A stretch of 63,585 bases of DNA, filler included, from Choristocarpus tenellus KU-1152 (lineage: Eukaryota; Protista; Phaeophyceae): NCBI GenBank assembly GCA_964200185.2. It is 10 parts of 10 records of this genome, joined end to end, with 100 filler letters (N's around TTAATTAATTAA, not from the genome) between each part and the next. Parts side by side here need not be neighbours in the genome. Positions count along the whole stretch, not along the records: positions 49,892 to 59,721 come from CAXNAD020003353.1; positions 59,822 to 63,585 come from CAXNAD020018073.1; 8 more parts are not named here. One strand, given 5' to 3'. This document shows positions 51,642 through 63,585 of this stretch, one piece after another (position 1 is the stretch's first letter; each line of letters begins with the position of its first letter). The position numbers and the translations under genes are program-made. The notes under the pieces are model-generated. The model did no database searches and was not told the origin of the DNA. It worked only from the letters and a program-made list of their open reading frames with translations.

Positions 51642-54600
51642 ATCCGTAATCTATGTCCTTTGTTTGTTTGGTTGGTTGGTTTGGGTTGAAGGGCAGGTAT
51701 GACTTTCCCGCAGAATCGGTAGGAGAATCTGTGCAGCGAGGGCTGAACTTCATCCTCAAGTTGGCGCATGATTCGACAAACTTTGCCGACTTTGGTGGTG
51801 ATATCATGCTTGCGTTCTCTGATGTGGCGATTGTAGCAAGGTCAGTACCCTCGCCTTGGGTCAGCGGGATTGCTGTTGTCAGTGGGGTCAGTCAGTTGCG
51901 TATGTATGTGTATGTATGCGTATGTGTATGTATTTTTTTTTTTGCGTGAACTTATTTTGCTCACTGACACATCTCTTGTTTTTTTTTTTTTTTTGGTTGT
52001 TTGTTTTGGTTTTGGATTGGATGTCCAGTACAGGCTTCAGATTATTTTATTTTTGTTATCACTACACCGTAATTATTTTACTATTATATTTTCAAAATAC
52101 TAGTAATGATAATACTTTTTTTATGTTATTATTTTTTGCATTGCGGAGGTTACCGTGCCTTGTGTAAACAGAATGCTTTGAGTGTTTCATTGGTGTTGAG
52201 GTCTTGCCAGGTGATTGAACAATGCCCTCTGAGTCAACAAGACCCTCTAGCTCTTTCAGGGTGAATGTCATGGTTAGCCCAGGCTACTACATGGCAAGAT
52301 CACGAATCAGTCGATTCTAGACTTTTGTGTAGGATATGAACATTTTTTCGTTAAATTCTGGTTCAGGCATGAATTTCGACGTGCTTGGTCATATTCTTCC
52401 AACTATTGGCTAAAGAAGGTACAAGAGAGGTGGAGGGGGTGGTATACCTTTTTTTAGCACGTACACACTGCTGCAATGTCTACAATTGTTGCAGGCCACA
52501 GCATCAAATCACAGTTATGTATCTGTATTGAAAATTCTCACGTGCTTGACTGATCTGTCTTCCCCATACAGAGTCAAGCCAGAAGGTGGGTGTGGCACAT
52601 TGTAGTGTCAATACACTCCCTTCAATTGACTGCGATGTGTATTACACTTCCTTATTGGGATGCACGCTATTGTATTATTGGCCTATTCATTGCTCTTGGA
52701 ACCATACCTCAGGACCCCCTGAATCCCATGGATGCAATGACAACTACTATTACAACTTTTTCCTATATATATATATATTATTATTATTATTTTCATGCCA
52801 GAGAGCCAGTGAGGAATTTTGTTCTTCCTCGTGTGGGCCTGTTGGCGCAGTGCTGGAAGCAGCGATACCAGAAGCTGGCGGATATTGTTGAAGGCTCTAG
52901 GGTGGAGGCCACAGATGTTATTGATGCTGCTGTTGGGGTAAGGGATATTGGTAGAATGGTTTGTGTTGGCTGTATTGGTAGTGGGTGGGGAGGGGTGTGT
53001 GTAGGGACTTCCACTCTGTGGGCATGTTGTTTTGTTGAACAATGGCGACAAGGATGATATCAATAAATAAAAGCAACGATAGTAAGTGATGGTGATGGTA
53101 GTGATGGCAATAGTGATGGTGATAATGGTAAAAGTTGTAGTTGGTGACTAATGGTGAATATTGTAGGTGTTGGGGTTATTATTATGTAGGCTACTTATTG
53201 TTTATTTGTGGATTTATATTTGAATGTTTAGCGAGTTGTTGAGTGCACAAGTATTAGTACGTGGTTATCATTTTTTTTATTATTATTATTATTAGTTCTA
53301 TTACAGCATTTAATGTGTAACCGTAAGTGATTACGACCAATATATTTTTTGTTATTATTAGTGTTAATTGTTAGTGTTTATATTATTGTTAGAACTATTA
53401 GGAGTGTCTATTTGAGATTTAATGTGTAACCATAAGCCGAGTTCTTAATATTTCTGCAAATAAGGGAGGTGGCACACGAAGAGCAACACTTTTTCCAATG
53501 GAATGTCTTCCTTGTTGTAATAAGCCAATGGGATGCGTGCATGCTTCCATATTTTCTGGAAGTGTTGGCTTGTTGACCTTGCAGAGAGTGTTTTGAATGG
53601 AAGAGTAGCGCAGTGTGATGATGTGATTGTGCTTTGGAATTGATGGCTTGGTAGCTGTGCTGCATTAGGTTGGTGTGTTAAACACCAGGAAGACCAGGCG
53701 TCCAAGGCTTTCATGTTGGAAAGTATTCTTGAAAGTGTTTTGGACAAAAGGCAATGCTCTTAAGAGATTAAAGAATGTATTCTTGAATTGTTGCTAGTAC
53801 ATGGAAGGTTTTTGGTATTCGTATTGTTTCCACAGGCTATGTTGCTTGTGACCTTGAAATTCGATATCATAGTGGGTATATGCGTGTGGTGTTTGGGCTA
53901 TGGCAAGGGTGTGGGCTAGTATTAGGAATGGAGTCTTAACCATTGATCGAATGCTCAGTGGTAGTTAGTTGGTTGTAGTGAAAAATGCAGCATAAACAGG
54001 AGGGAAGAGGATGAGAATAGTAGGAATACGTTTGTTGAATGGTAGAAGTATGAAAGATGAAAGAAAGAAGAGTCAATAAATGTACAATGGTAAATAATGA
54101 GTGAAGAAACAGTGTTTGTACCGCTTAGATACAGTGTTTAATTTTTTTTTTTTAAATGGGCGGAATAATTTTCAACCACCGTAAAAAAAAAAGTGAAACT
54201 GTTTTACCGTTTCAAACTTTCGATACCTTCCTGGCGATGAAACCGTTGTGACTTGAAGCCGTTGCGGTGGAATATTCACGCATCTGGTGAGACACTTTTT
54301 TTTTTGTATTGTATTGTATTGTATTAGGGTTAGGGTTGCTTAACTTGCCTCTTATAATTGGTGTTTCTATTGACAGGTATATGCACTGGAGAGGGTAGGT
54401 GTGACACACCAGCTCAAGGTGGAGACTAGGAAGTTCATTCAGGGCAGCAACTACACCACCCAAGACTACTTTGGTGGGTTTTGATCATTTTTATTATCCA
54501 AGCACCATGCTGTTCCCAACCCTGTCCCTATCCTTCAATTGTGCTATACTATACGTAGTATCTATACTATACGTAGTATCTATACTATACGTAGTATCTA

Positions 54601-57600
54601 TACTATACGTAGTATCTATACTATACGTAGTATCTATACTATACGTAGTATCTATACTATACGTAGTATCTATACTATACGAAGTATCGGTGTGAGGTAT
54701 AGGAATTTACTATTTTTTTATATTTTATTGTTGTTAGTAATAATGGTAATGAAATCATGGGAACTTTTTTTTTTTGCTTTGAAAAAGATGCGCACACTGT
54801 CCTCAGATTGGATCTTTTTGATGATCTTTGCTGAAATTGAAATTGCGAGAATCAAGAACATTGTAGAAATCATCTAAGAACACAATTATGTTTTTTAAAT
54901 TCCGACTGGCTTCTGCATATATTTTTTTCCCTTCATTTTTAATCATTTTTAACATACCGATTTAAGTATACCGATGGGGCTATATTATTCTCCTTACTAT
55001 TACGATTGTTACTTGTTATCAACAGGGGCAGCAAATGTGACCAAAAATTGGTGGCACCTTGATTTTAATTTTGAGGACAAATCAGAGAGTCGGGCCTTCG
55101 TTGGGTTGGAGGGTTTGGTGTATCAGTGTGACATCATAATGTATACCAACAATATCCCTATATACCGCTGGATGTTATACTGTCAGATGGGTCATACCGT
55201 CATTGTTTTCGTTTTTACATGGCCACACTTTTCTGCTGGCTCTATCACTTCTATGTATATATATATATATTTCCTTCCCCTCCGCGAGTACTTCAAAAAT
55301 TGGTGTAATCGGTGAATGCTGAATAGCGCTGAGATTTGATGTTATGTTTACCTGAAGTGCACAGCCCATGGGATGTATACATGTTTGTTTGTTTCTAAAA
55401 TGGACTAGCATTCTTTTGTTGTTGTTGTTGGTAAAAATAACAATAATAATAGTAATAATACTAACAATAATAATAATAATAATTATAACAATAATAGTAA
55501 TAATAATAGTAATAATGATAGTAATAATAATAGTAATAATAACCGAGGTATTTTCAAATCACCGTGTGAAAACCTTAATTTTTTTTTTTATAAATATAAA
55601 AAAAACCCATTATATTTATACACTATATTTATACACTATATTCATACACTATATTTATACATTGTGTGTTGCAATCCTCTGATGCCGACCCCTGCTGGAT
55701 GTTGTCAGGAGGCTTTGACCCACGTACACAGTGTCCATCCGTGCTTGAGCCTTGGATAAGCAGGCACAGGGCACTGACGCATGCCATGACGACAGCGCTC
55801 TATTCTGAGAGGTGAGGTGAGAAGTGAGGTGAACTGATAGTGACGACTGACTTTAGTGGTTCAGGAGGGAGGGAGGGAGGGAGGGAGGGTGTGAATATCG
55901 CTTGAATAGCGTCACTAATAACGTCACTAATAACGTCACTTGCTTGTTGTCGGTAGCTGTTTGTGACTTGCCCTTTTTTATAATTTTTTTTTTTGTATTA
56001 CTTTTTTAGAAGGCGTGCTTTGTACGGCAAGGGTTAGGGTTGTACTGTAGTCTTTGTTCGGTAAGGGTTAGGGTTAGGGTTAGGGTTAGGGTTTGTCAGA
56101 GTTCGATAGCAAGAGGGTGATGTTTGTCTGAACAAGGGGAGTGAGGGTTACGTGAAGAGGGTGTTCAATATGTATATGTATATGTATGGCGTTTTTGTTT
56201 GTGTGTGTGTTTTCTGTCCGACGTGAAGATGGAGGTGAGTGAATGAAACGTTCATGAGTATGGCGTTTATCTTGCTGTTATTTGTTTAATTATTTAGTTA
56301 TTTAGTTATTTGTTTAGTTATTTATTTAGTTATTTATTTAGTTTTTATTTATTTATTTTGAGTGCCTGACGCTGCGCTCGTGGTTTCTTCTCTCAGGGTA
56401 GGGCTGGACCTTGGTGCTACCCAGCAGGACGTGTTTGCTCACCTCCCCAGAGTACGGCCATACTTGAAGCTGGGTGAAGACTGTCAGATGGCGGGCGTGG
56501 ACTGGGTGGATCAAATCACTCTCATAATCAACATCATACACATCGTCAGGTCAGGCATGTGTGGGTTAGTGTTAGTGTTAGTGTTAGTGTTAGGGTTAGG
56601 GTTAGGGTTAGGGTTATAGGGTTAGGGTTAGGGTGTTTGTTGGTTCTAGATTGTTCTTGGAGTATGGTCAGCGAGTAGCTATGTGCATCGTTGGGTTGGG
56701 AATACCACTATGGTATGGCTGCTATGTATGACTATTATTTTTATTTTTATTTTTGTTGCGTTGCTGTTACTGCTTTTTAAAACTGTTGTTGTTATTATTA
56801 CTATTTTTATTACTCTTGTTATTGTTATTGTTATCATTACTGCTTTTAAGAACTATTACTACCATTATTCTTGTTTTTTAATTCTTATTTTTACTACTTT
56901 TAAGAACCATTGTTACTATTATTATTATTATTATTATTATTATTGTTTTTGGTGGGAGCTGGTCATCCCTAAGAACTGCATGACATTTTGATTGTAATGA
57001 TGATTCTCTCGTTGGTGCAGGGCTAGGGTTAGGGTTAGGGCTTGATTGGAATTGGTTCCTGCTTTCGTTAAGACTGTGTTGCTATGATGATGATCACGTT
57101 GAGCAATCAGGTGTGAAGGGGAAGGGGTGCGACCTTGTTGGTTGAACAGGTGAATTTGAACATCCAGTTGTGTGATTGAAAGACCCTATATTATTTATTT
57201 ATTTTTATTGGGTAGCGCAGTGTCACCATTTACAGTCCTGCATCAGGGGTATATGGACGCCACTTACCTCTAGAAAACCGAGAGTGGTTTGTGTATGTTG
57301 AGAAAGTCGAGGCAGAGAGTTTGCCGTTAAAAAAGAAGAAGTCAACAGTGTAAGAAAGAAGAAACAAGTCAACAGTATGGTTTTCTCCAAGTGTTCATAG
57401 TTTTTTTTTTTTCTTAGTGGTGAACTGAAGGCACTGTAGTTTATTTGATGTGAAAGTATGGTACAAGTTGTAGGGTCCGGGGTGGTCGTTTTGAAAGAGA
57501 GTTGCTTTCATTTGGAGGCGTTGAAATGAAAAAAAAGAGGAATTAAAACATTTTTTTTAAAATTGTTGTTGTGGAAAGAGCGAGGGCGAGTTGTCTCTCC

Positions 57601-57940
57601 GTTTGAATTATCTTTTTAATGTCATTTGATGCACTTTTTTAAAACCTGCAAATTGTTTTTTTATTGTAGAGACACTTTTATCCCGCCCTTACCCTCTCAC
57701 CTCCCTCTACAATGCCCTTAACCCCTCACCTGGAGATTCTGAACCTTGGCTTGAAATGTCACCTTTCAATTTCCTCCCACTGAAAAACCATTTTTTTGGT
57801 TTCAGCAACTTTGGGGAGTTGAGGGTGTCACCTCTTCTGGTTCCTGAGGAGGCGTCTATGATTCTGTCTGAAGAGACTCTGTCTGCTGTTTTGGCAGGAA
57901 GGGATATTCACACGATTGCACAGTTGTGCCACTGCCTGAG
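51074..57940 (+). CDS. Uncharacterised alpha-helical protein, 3' end not found; exons (51074-51177?), 51697-51840, 52802-52937, 54377-54473, 55709-55811, 56397-56549, 57806-57940
   Basis: Six GT-AG exons join in exact phase: VQRGLNFI...NFADFGGDIML...GVYALERVGV...YFGGFDP...LPRVRPY...DQITLIINIIHIVSNFGELRVSP.LVPEE...HCLR. The first exon is tentative. Confidence 0.8.
51599..51641. repeat. (GTT)n microsatellite
   Basis: About 13-14 GTT units. Confidence 0.95.
54545..54688. repeat. 18-bp minisatellite (TATACTATACGTAGTATC) x ~8
   Basis: Near-perfect tandem units in an intron. Confidence 0.97.
56027..56091. repeat. Interstitial telomere-like (TTAGGG)n tracts
   Basis: GGGTTA runs. Others at ~9298, 24755, 28897, 43598, 54324, 56563-56633, 57024, 58241, 58551, 58786, 59914 and 62785. 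Confidence 0.9.
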
Positions 57941-58537
57941 GTGATGTGGGGGTGATGTGGGGGATGTGAGGGGTAGGTATAGGTATGCTACATGGGTGCA
58001 GTATGGGTAAGGGTTAGGGATGGAGTGTTTGTGTTTATGTTGCATGCTTTCTGAAGTGATGGTGAATGAATTGATCCTGATGGACAATTTTTTGATGTGT
58101 GATGTGTGATGTGTGACACACGTTCCTCAGCACTTTTGTTTGAGGTAATTTCTTTAGCATTTTTGCTTTTTGTGTGCCTAAACATGGAGTTTAACTATTA
58201 TTATTATTATTGTAGTTTAAAAAAAGTATATTATTGCTATGTTAGGGTTAGGGTTAGAGTTTTTAACCCTATTTTTGTTACTGAATCTATCTCTATTATT
58301 ATGTTCTTGTTATTACTATTACTATTGTTATTGTTATCATTATTTATAACATTTTTGTAATTGTTACTATTGTTACTATTATTGTTATTATTATTATTAT
58401 TTTTGTAATTATTATTATTTATTTTGTAATTATTATTATTTATTTTGTAATTATTATTATTTATTTCGTAATTATTATTACTATTTTTGTAATTATTATT
58501 ATTATCTCTATGACTCTTGTGTCACAGTGTGATTCCA

Positions 58538-58813
58538 GTGTGAAAGTATGTTAGGGTTAGGGTACGATTTTTGCCCTGTTTGTCCATTTGGGGTATCCTT
58601 TTGGCTTCCCACAGGTTTCCAGTGACGTTTTACCTACTCCAAAATGTTTCGGAGTAGGTAAAGTGTATACGTTATGAAATGTTGTATCCGGAACAAGGAT
58701 GTTGACACTTCCTAACAAACACAATAACCAAAATTACATCAAAATCGCAACATTGGATTTTGGCACCCAAATGGATGCGGCTCTACCCTAACCCTAAGAT
58801 GCTTATTTGACTC
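58538..58813. mobile_element. MITE family B (reverse) with TTAGGG-type insertions in both TIRs
   Basis: Body matches 32485-32744; TIRs read GTATGTTAGGGTTAGGGTACG and CTACCCTAACCCTAAGATG. Confidence 0.85.
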
Positions 58814-59479
58814 AGAGTAGTAATCACTCGGATAATTTTATTTTTGTTCTGTTAAGTCCTTTGGTTGGAAGAGGCTGGGCAGGGACACAAAAAGGAACTT
58901 TTGCTTACACTGTCACAGTACAGTCCTTTTGTTTGATGCTGCAATGATGCTGTGCTTTTCTTATTGTGGTTGATGAAAGGTCTTCCTGGTCTTTTTCTTG
59001 ATGAGGAATATGCATCATCACTACCTTGCTATCTATATAATGGAAAGAGATATTCCAAGTGGATGAAGATTAACTGATAACTGGATAAGGTTTTGGTTAT
59101 CAACCCTAAGTATCTATGTAGTTGTTGAGAATGGTATTGGGTGTTTGAAGGACTGACAAGAAATACGCTCTTGTTTTGTGTGAGGAGGTGGTCTGGGATG
59201 ATTTAGTGATCTCATGTACTGGTGTTGCTGGACTGTATATATTTTGGTTATGAGCTGTGATTACAGTACGGCATAGTGAGATACAGTATTCAATGAAATA
59301 TAGAACAAATATAGAACACGAAGATGTTTTGGAATTGTTATTTCTGACCAGAAGAGTAAGATGATACAATTAGAATTGTATGTTTGTGTTGGACCAAAGT
59401 ATCTGGGGGTGGGTGGGGNNNNNNNNNNTTTTTTGAGACGAAAAAGAAATAGATACAAATGTATTTTGTTTTGTTGGTT

Positions 59480-59642
59480 GGGACAAAAGTGTTGGGGGGG
59501 GGGGGGGGGGGGGGCCTCTACACCAGGGTGTCCATTTGGTCCAAAATCAGGAAAAGTGCATTTACATTACCCATCCGACGTATGCAACCAAATCGCCCGA
59601 AAATCGCGACATGAAAATATTGATCCCAAATGGACAGCCGCC

Positions 59643-59682
<40 letters not shown>
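59480..59682. mobile_element. MITE family A near contig end (extra end fragment at 59391-59418)
   Basis: polyG-CCTCTACACCAGGGTGTCCATTTGG...CCCAAATGGACAGCCGCC-polyC. Confidence 0.85.
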
Positions 59683-59684
<2 letters not shown>

Positions 59685-61536
59685 GCCGCTCTGGTTCTCT
59701 CGTTTTTCTCTGGTCCTACTANNNNNNNNNNNNNNNNNNNNNNNNNNNNNNNNNNNNNNNNNNNNTTAATTAATTAANNNNNNNNNNNNNNNNNNNNNNN
59801 NNNNNNNNNNNNNNNNNNNNNGGTGGGTGGGTGTTTGAGTGACCACATTTTTTTTTTGGGGGGGGGGAGGAGGGGGAGAGGGAGGGGGGGGAGAGGGAGG
59901 GGGAATGGAAGTAGTTAGGGTTAGGGTTAAGGTTAAGGTTGGGAACAGACCGGAGAATGTAAAAAAATAAGACGACAGATGAGCTCGTGCGAATGGGGAA
60001 GCTGTATTGCATGGGTGAGATGTTTGGTGACAAGGATTGTCTTTCTTTAGCCCGATGACACGGCATGGAGGGGCTTGCGCGTCCTATGCTCGTGAGGCAG
60101 AGCAGAGAGGAGAGCTTGTGCATGAAAGGGCAGGGGTCGTAGGTGAATGGTATTGTGTAGGATCTAACAGCAACACAAAGCAGTCCAATGGAAGGAAGGA
60201 AGGAGTAGAGCAGAAGGGATTGAATACAAATGGGGACAGGGAAAGATGGCAGAAGGCAAAACGAGGTGAAGCAAGGATAGGGCTGCGCTGATGATGTCAA
60301 GATCCACTCAATCTTTGGCAGTCATTCTTATAGTTTGATAAACGTTGCAAACATCAGAGTTGATGAAGAATATCGTGTTGGCACACAGTTGGACCAGTCC
60401 TGAGAACATTGTAATATAATCTATCGTTGTATGACATGATAAAGAGGAGCCACCCTATAGGTTCTATCAGCAGTGCTTGTCGCTCGGCACTGACTCAGCA
60501 ATGACACTTGCAACTTTGTACATTGGCTATTGACACATCCTTTCTATTCAAAGGAAAATGTTCTCACCAACTCATCTTCCCAAATACCTACCAAGCTGTG
60601 CTAGCAATGACAAAAGGGAACTGACAACAAGGTAAGAATGATAGAGGAATGATGGGTCGAGCGAGAGTGGGATCACCAAGGAGCGATTGGGGCACATGTT
60701 ACCTGCTTTACAGCTGGAAGCCACTTCGGGCTCTCCATGAGGCCCGATTTGATGAACGGATTCATACGCTGGAGGAGGTTTTTGGCATTTTGCGAACGAT
60801 TCATATCAAAACCTCTACTCTAAAAGGACGGAGGACAAATGGGGTAGAACTCCCAAGGTGTCCCCTTCTATGAGGCAGGAACAAACAGGCGACATAACAT
60901 GGCGCGTGTCACAGGAAACAGCAGCGGTTCAGCAATGAGGTATATTAGCATTCTTCAATCGGCTTCAGGCAAAGCAATGACCCTCGGATGGAACTCTACG
61001 AGACATGAATGCTCGACTGCACCTCCAGGACATCGTCACTACACAAGAAAGAGGTACAAAGTTCTGGGTGCTGTCTCCTTGCGGGGGTTCTTGGGGTGAA
61101 TTATTTCTTCTTTTCGGTTAAGCATTAGCACATGGAGATATATAGCAGTTCAGCTCAGGACAATACCCAAAGTGTCGCCAAGAACACCTTCTACCTATTA
61201 ATGTCCAATGGAATGATGGGCTAGTGATAGGACAGGGGGTTGAACTCATCGAGGTAATAAGGCACATATTGACCTATGTCTAATAATCTTTTCACTACTA
61301 AATCAAATGCTCTGATAGACAAACACAAGCTCGAAGCTGGGGTACTCTAACAAGAAGCTGAATGTCCATGCACTTGTTGTTGAGACAATGGTCATTGTTC
61401 ACTTGTCTTCCGAAGAGAGGCCTTGATATGAGCCCCTGTGTCTATGTGAGGTATTGGAAAGGTCAAATATTTCATTTTTCAAGGATTACATCTTCAATGC
61501 TGTGTAGACCCTAACCACCAAGGTTTGGATGAGCAG

Positions 61537-63411
61537 GATGTCAAGTACAGGATAGTAGGGTGGAGAAGTGTCAAGGAGTTGGTAAGAAGTACCGTAGCAT
61601 TATTTACATTCTCATACGCCAACAATACGTATATAGTTTGAAAATTGAAAATTTGAAGTTGAAGATTATTGCAAATATAACAAACGGACGAAACACGTTT
61701 GAATGCGTTTTGGATATCAGATACCACACTCATCACTCAGACAATAGAGGCCAGTATAGTACAGTTCCTACACTGTAATTCGGAAAGCCTCGATAAGCAG
61801 AGGAGAACATGAACGATGCCTCACTTCCAGGTGAGACCGTCTCCCATGCATCTTGCTTAGGGGGGAATCCAAAGTCAACCTGAAAAGTTGCAGTTTGTGT
61901 AGTTTGTCTGATGTGTGATGAAATCTGTTTGGATACGAGGATATTGAGAAACGGTGGGATCACACATACCTAGCTACCCGGGGATGTCTGCGAGCTAGAG
62001 ATAATTTAATCGAAACTCGCACGTAGAATGTTTCGTGAAACAAGAAATATCGGCTGTCGAGATCTAGAGACTTGAGGCATGGATATGTTCGCAACAGTAT
62101 ATAGTGTACAGTTGTCTACCAATAAATCTTTCCATTTTGGTTTCTCCAACAGACAGTGACTACTCGATCTGTCGAAAGTACGCTTGAAATATATCGTCCT
62201 TAATCACCCATATCCTTCTCTGCTTCTCTCGCATCTTGACCTGATACAATCATCATCATATCTTCGAGAGGTCGTGAGACCCAAACATGAACACCGCCCT
62301 GATCTCCCTCCACCCGATAATGCCATAAGCGCCAAACCCATCATTGTTTCTGTTAACTCGCCGCACATGTCCCTACCCTGGTGTGTTTTTTCACTCTCCA
62401 CTGAACGCCAGGAGAAGTGGCATCTTCTGTCCCCATCCCCGAACCCACCTTGGGGTCAGATCTGGAAGGGGAAGAAGAAAGGATGCTATGGAACGCAAAA
62501 ATTCTAGCCCCAGAGCCTCCCGCGAATCTAGGTCGACATGTTCGACATCGTTTACGCATGTCTGAATCTGAGATGGCTGCTAACCTTGCAGACCGAACCA
62601 GGAGAGCATTCTCGATGGAGAAGGAGAAGGAACGCAAGGTGTGTTTTTTCAGCTCTGTTCCTTTCGTCTCTCATAATACCTTTTTGGCACTTTGCTGTTG
62701 TTGTGCGTCTCCCTCGAACGTGCCCTCCTCCATGTATTGACTTTGGATGTTGGCAGTCTCCAGCGCTCCCTTCTGCTCATACTCCTAATCCTAATCCTAA
62801 CCCCAACCCTATCTTGCTTTGGCTTGCTGTTCCCCCCACCTTGCATGCCTTTCCCCCCTCAGGCTATCGAGCAGAATAGGCTGAAGCAACTTTCTAAGGA
62901 AAGGGTGAAGAGTAATCTGCAGGCTCTAAGAAACTTTGGGCGGAAGCAAAGGGGGTCCATCCGTGACCTTGCACCAGGAGTCAACTGTGCGGCCGATAGA
63001 GTTGAACTGGCCAACGCACTTGAGGTTCACCCACCAGCAGCAGCTCACGACCGGCGATTGGGAGGAACCTCTGACACCTTTGACCGTGAGGCCAGGAGCA
63101 ACGCACAAGTGATACTGAATGCAATAGGGCCCGCGAGGGACCGTAGAGTCAACTGTGCGACCAATAGAGGTGGACTGACCAATTCTCTTGAGGTTCACCC
63201 ATCACAAGCAGCTCACAACCAGCAATCGGGAGAAACCTCTGACACCTTTGGCAATGAGGCCAGGAGCAACGCACAAGCGATACTGAGTGCAATAGGGCCG
63301 ACAAGGGACCGTAAGAGGTCGTCAAACCACGCGACTGATGCGATCCCAAGATGTTCTGCGTCTACCCAAGAGAAGAAACCTGAGAGTATAAGGGCCTTCA
63401 TGAAGAGGTGA
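61537..63411 (+). CDS. Uncharacterised protein (partial); exons 61537-61581, 61801-61830, 62412-62638, 62863-63407/63411
   Basis: Phase-compatible GT-AG exons; charged helix FSMEKEKERKAIEQNRLKQL followed by a 56-aa internal repeat. Confidence 0.6.
62978..63313 (+). repeat. In-frame coding tandem repeat, 2 x 168 bp (56 aa)
   Basis: GAGTCAACTGTGCG starts at 62978 and 63146; VNCA...LEVHP..AAH...G.TSDTF..EARSNAQ.IL.AIGP.RDR occurs twice. Confidence 0.92.
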
Positions 63412-63487
63412 CTGGGAACGTGTATGTGCGTGTTCTTCATTGTTGATGGGCCTGCGTTTGTGCCCTCTATCTGCTGAGACAGTTGAT

Positions 63488-63518
<31 letters not shown>

Positions 63519-63585
63519 CCTTCTCCCCTTTCTTTTTTTTATAGAGATGGCTTGGGTGGTTTGGGGGGGGATGGGGGGGGGGGGG

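Noticed and set aside
54471-54877. ORFs with ILYVVS / YTIRSI repeats, and poly-Ile/Tyr/Leu ORFs at 55368, 56683 and 58106
   Set aside because: These are translations of intronic mini- and microsatellites.
56563-56633. True chromosome end
   Set aside because: The tracts are short, degenerate and lie within introns flanked by in-phase exons.

Overview
This is intron-rich eukaryotic nuclear DNA, not prokaryotic. It is an artificial concatenation of 10 contigs joined by 100-bp linkers (44 N + TTAATTAATTAA + 44 N), so neighbourhood arguments hold only within a contig. Bipartite plastid-targeting presequences, flagellar genes, interstitial TTAGGG tracts and the style of the LINE and tyrosine-recombinase relics suggest an ochrophyte, probably a brown alga or close relative (inference). 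Spliced genes reconstructed by hand: a small predicted thylakoid-lumen protein resembling a stand-alone FtsH lumenal domain; an isocitrate-lyase/PEP-mutase family enzyme with a GC-AG intron; a TBC-like protein; IFT57 (partial); the C-terminus of an axonemal dynein heavy chain; a TOM1/THH1-like membrane protein; and several uncharacterised multi-exon genes. Mobile DNA: two solo LTRs with 5-bp TSDs (one nested in a Copia gag with a half-tRNA-iMet PBS), a DIRS/Ngaro-type tyrosine recombinase relic, a DD39D-type mariner relic, RTE-like LINE relics, and three MITE families sharing GAGTCAAAGTA-type termini. The most unusual item is a spliced ParB/Srx-domain (DGNHR) gene with one nonsense codon, lying directly downstream of an array of ~263-bp repeats whose internal palindromes show compensatory changes. 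All family assignments come from motif recognition by eye; no database searches were run.
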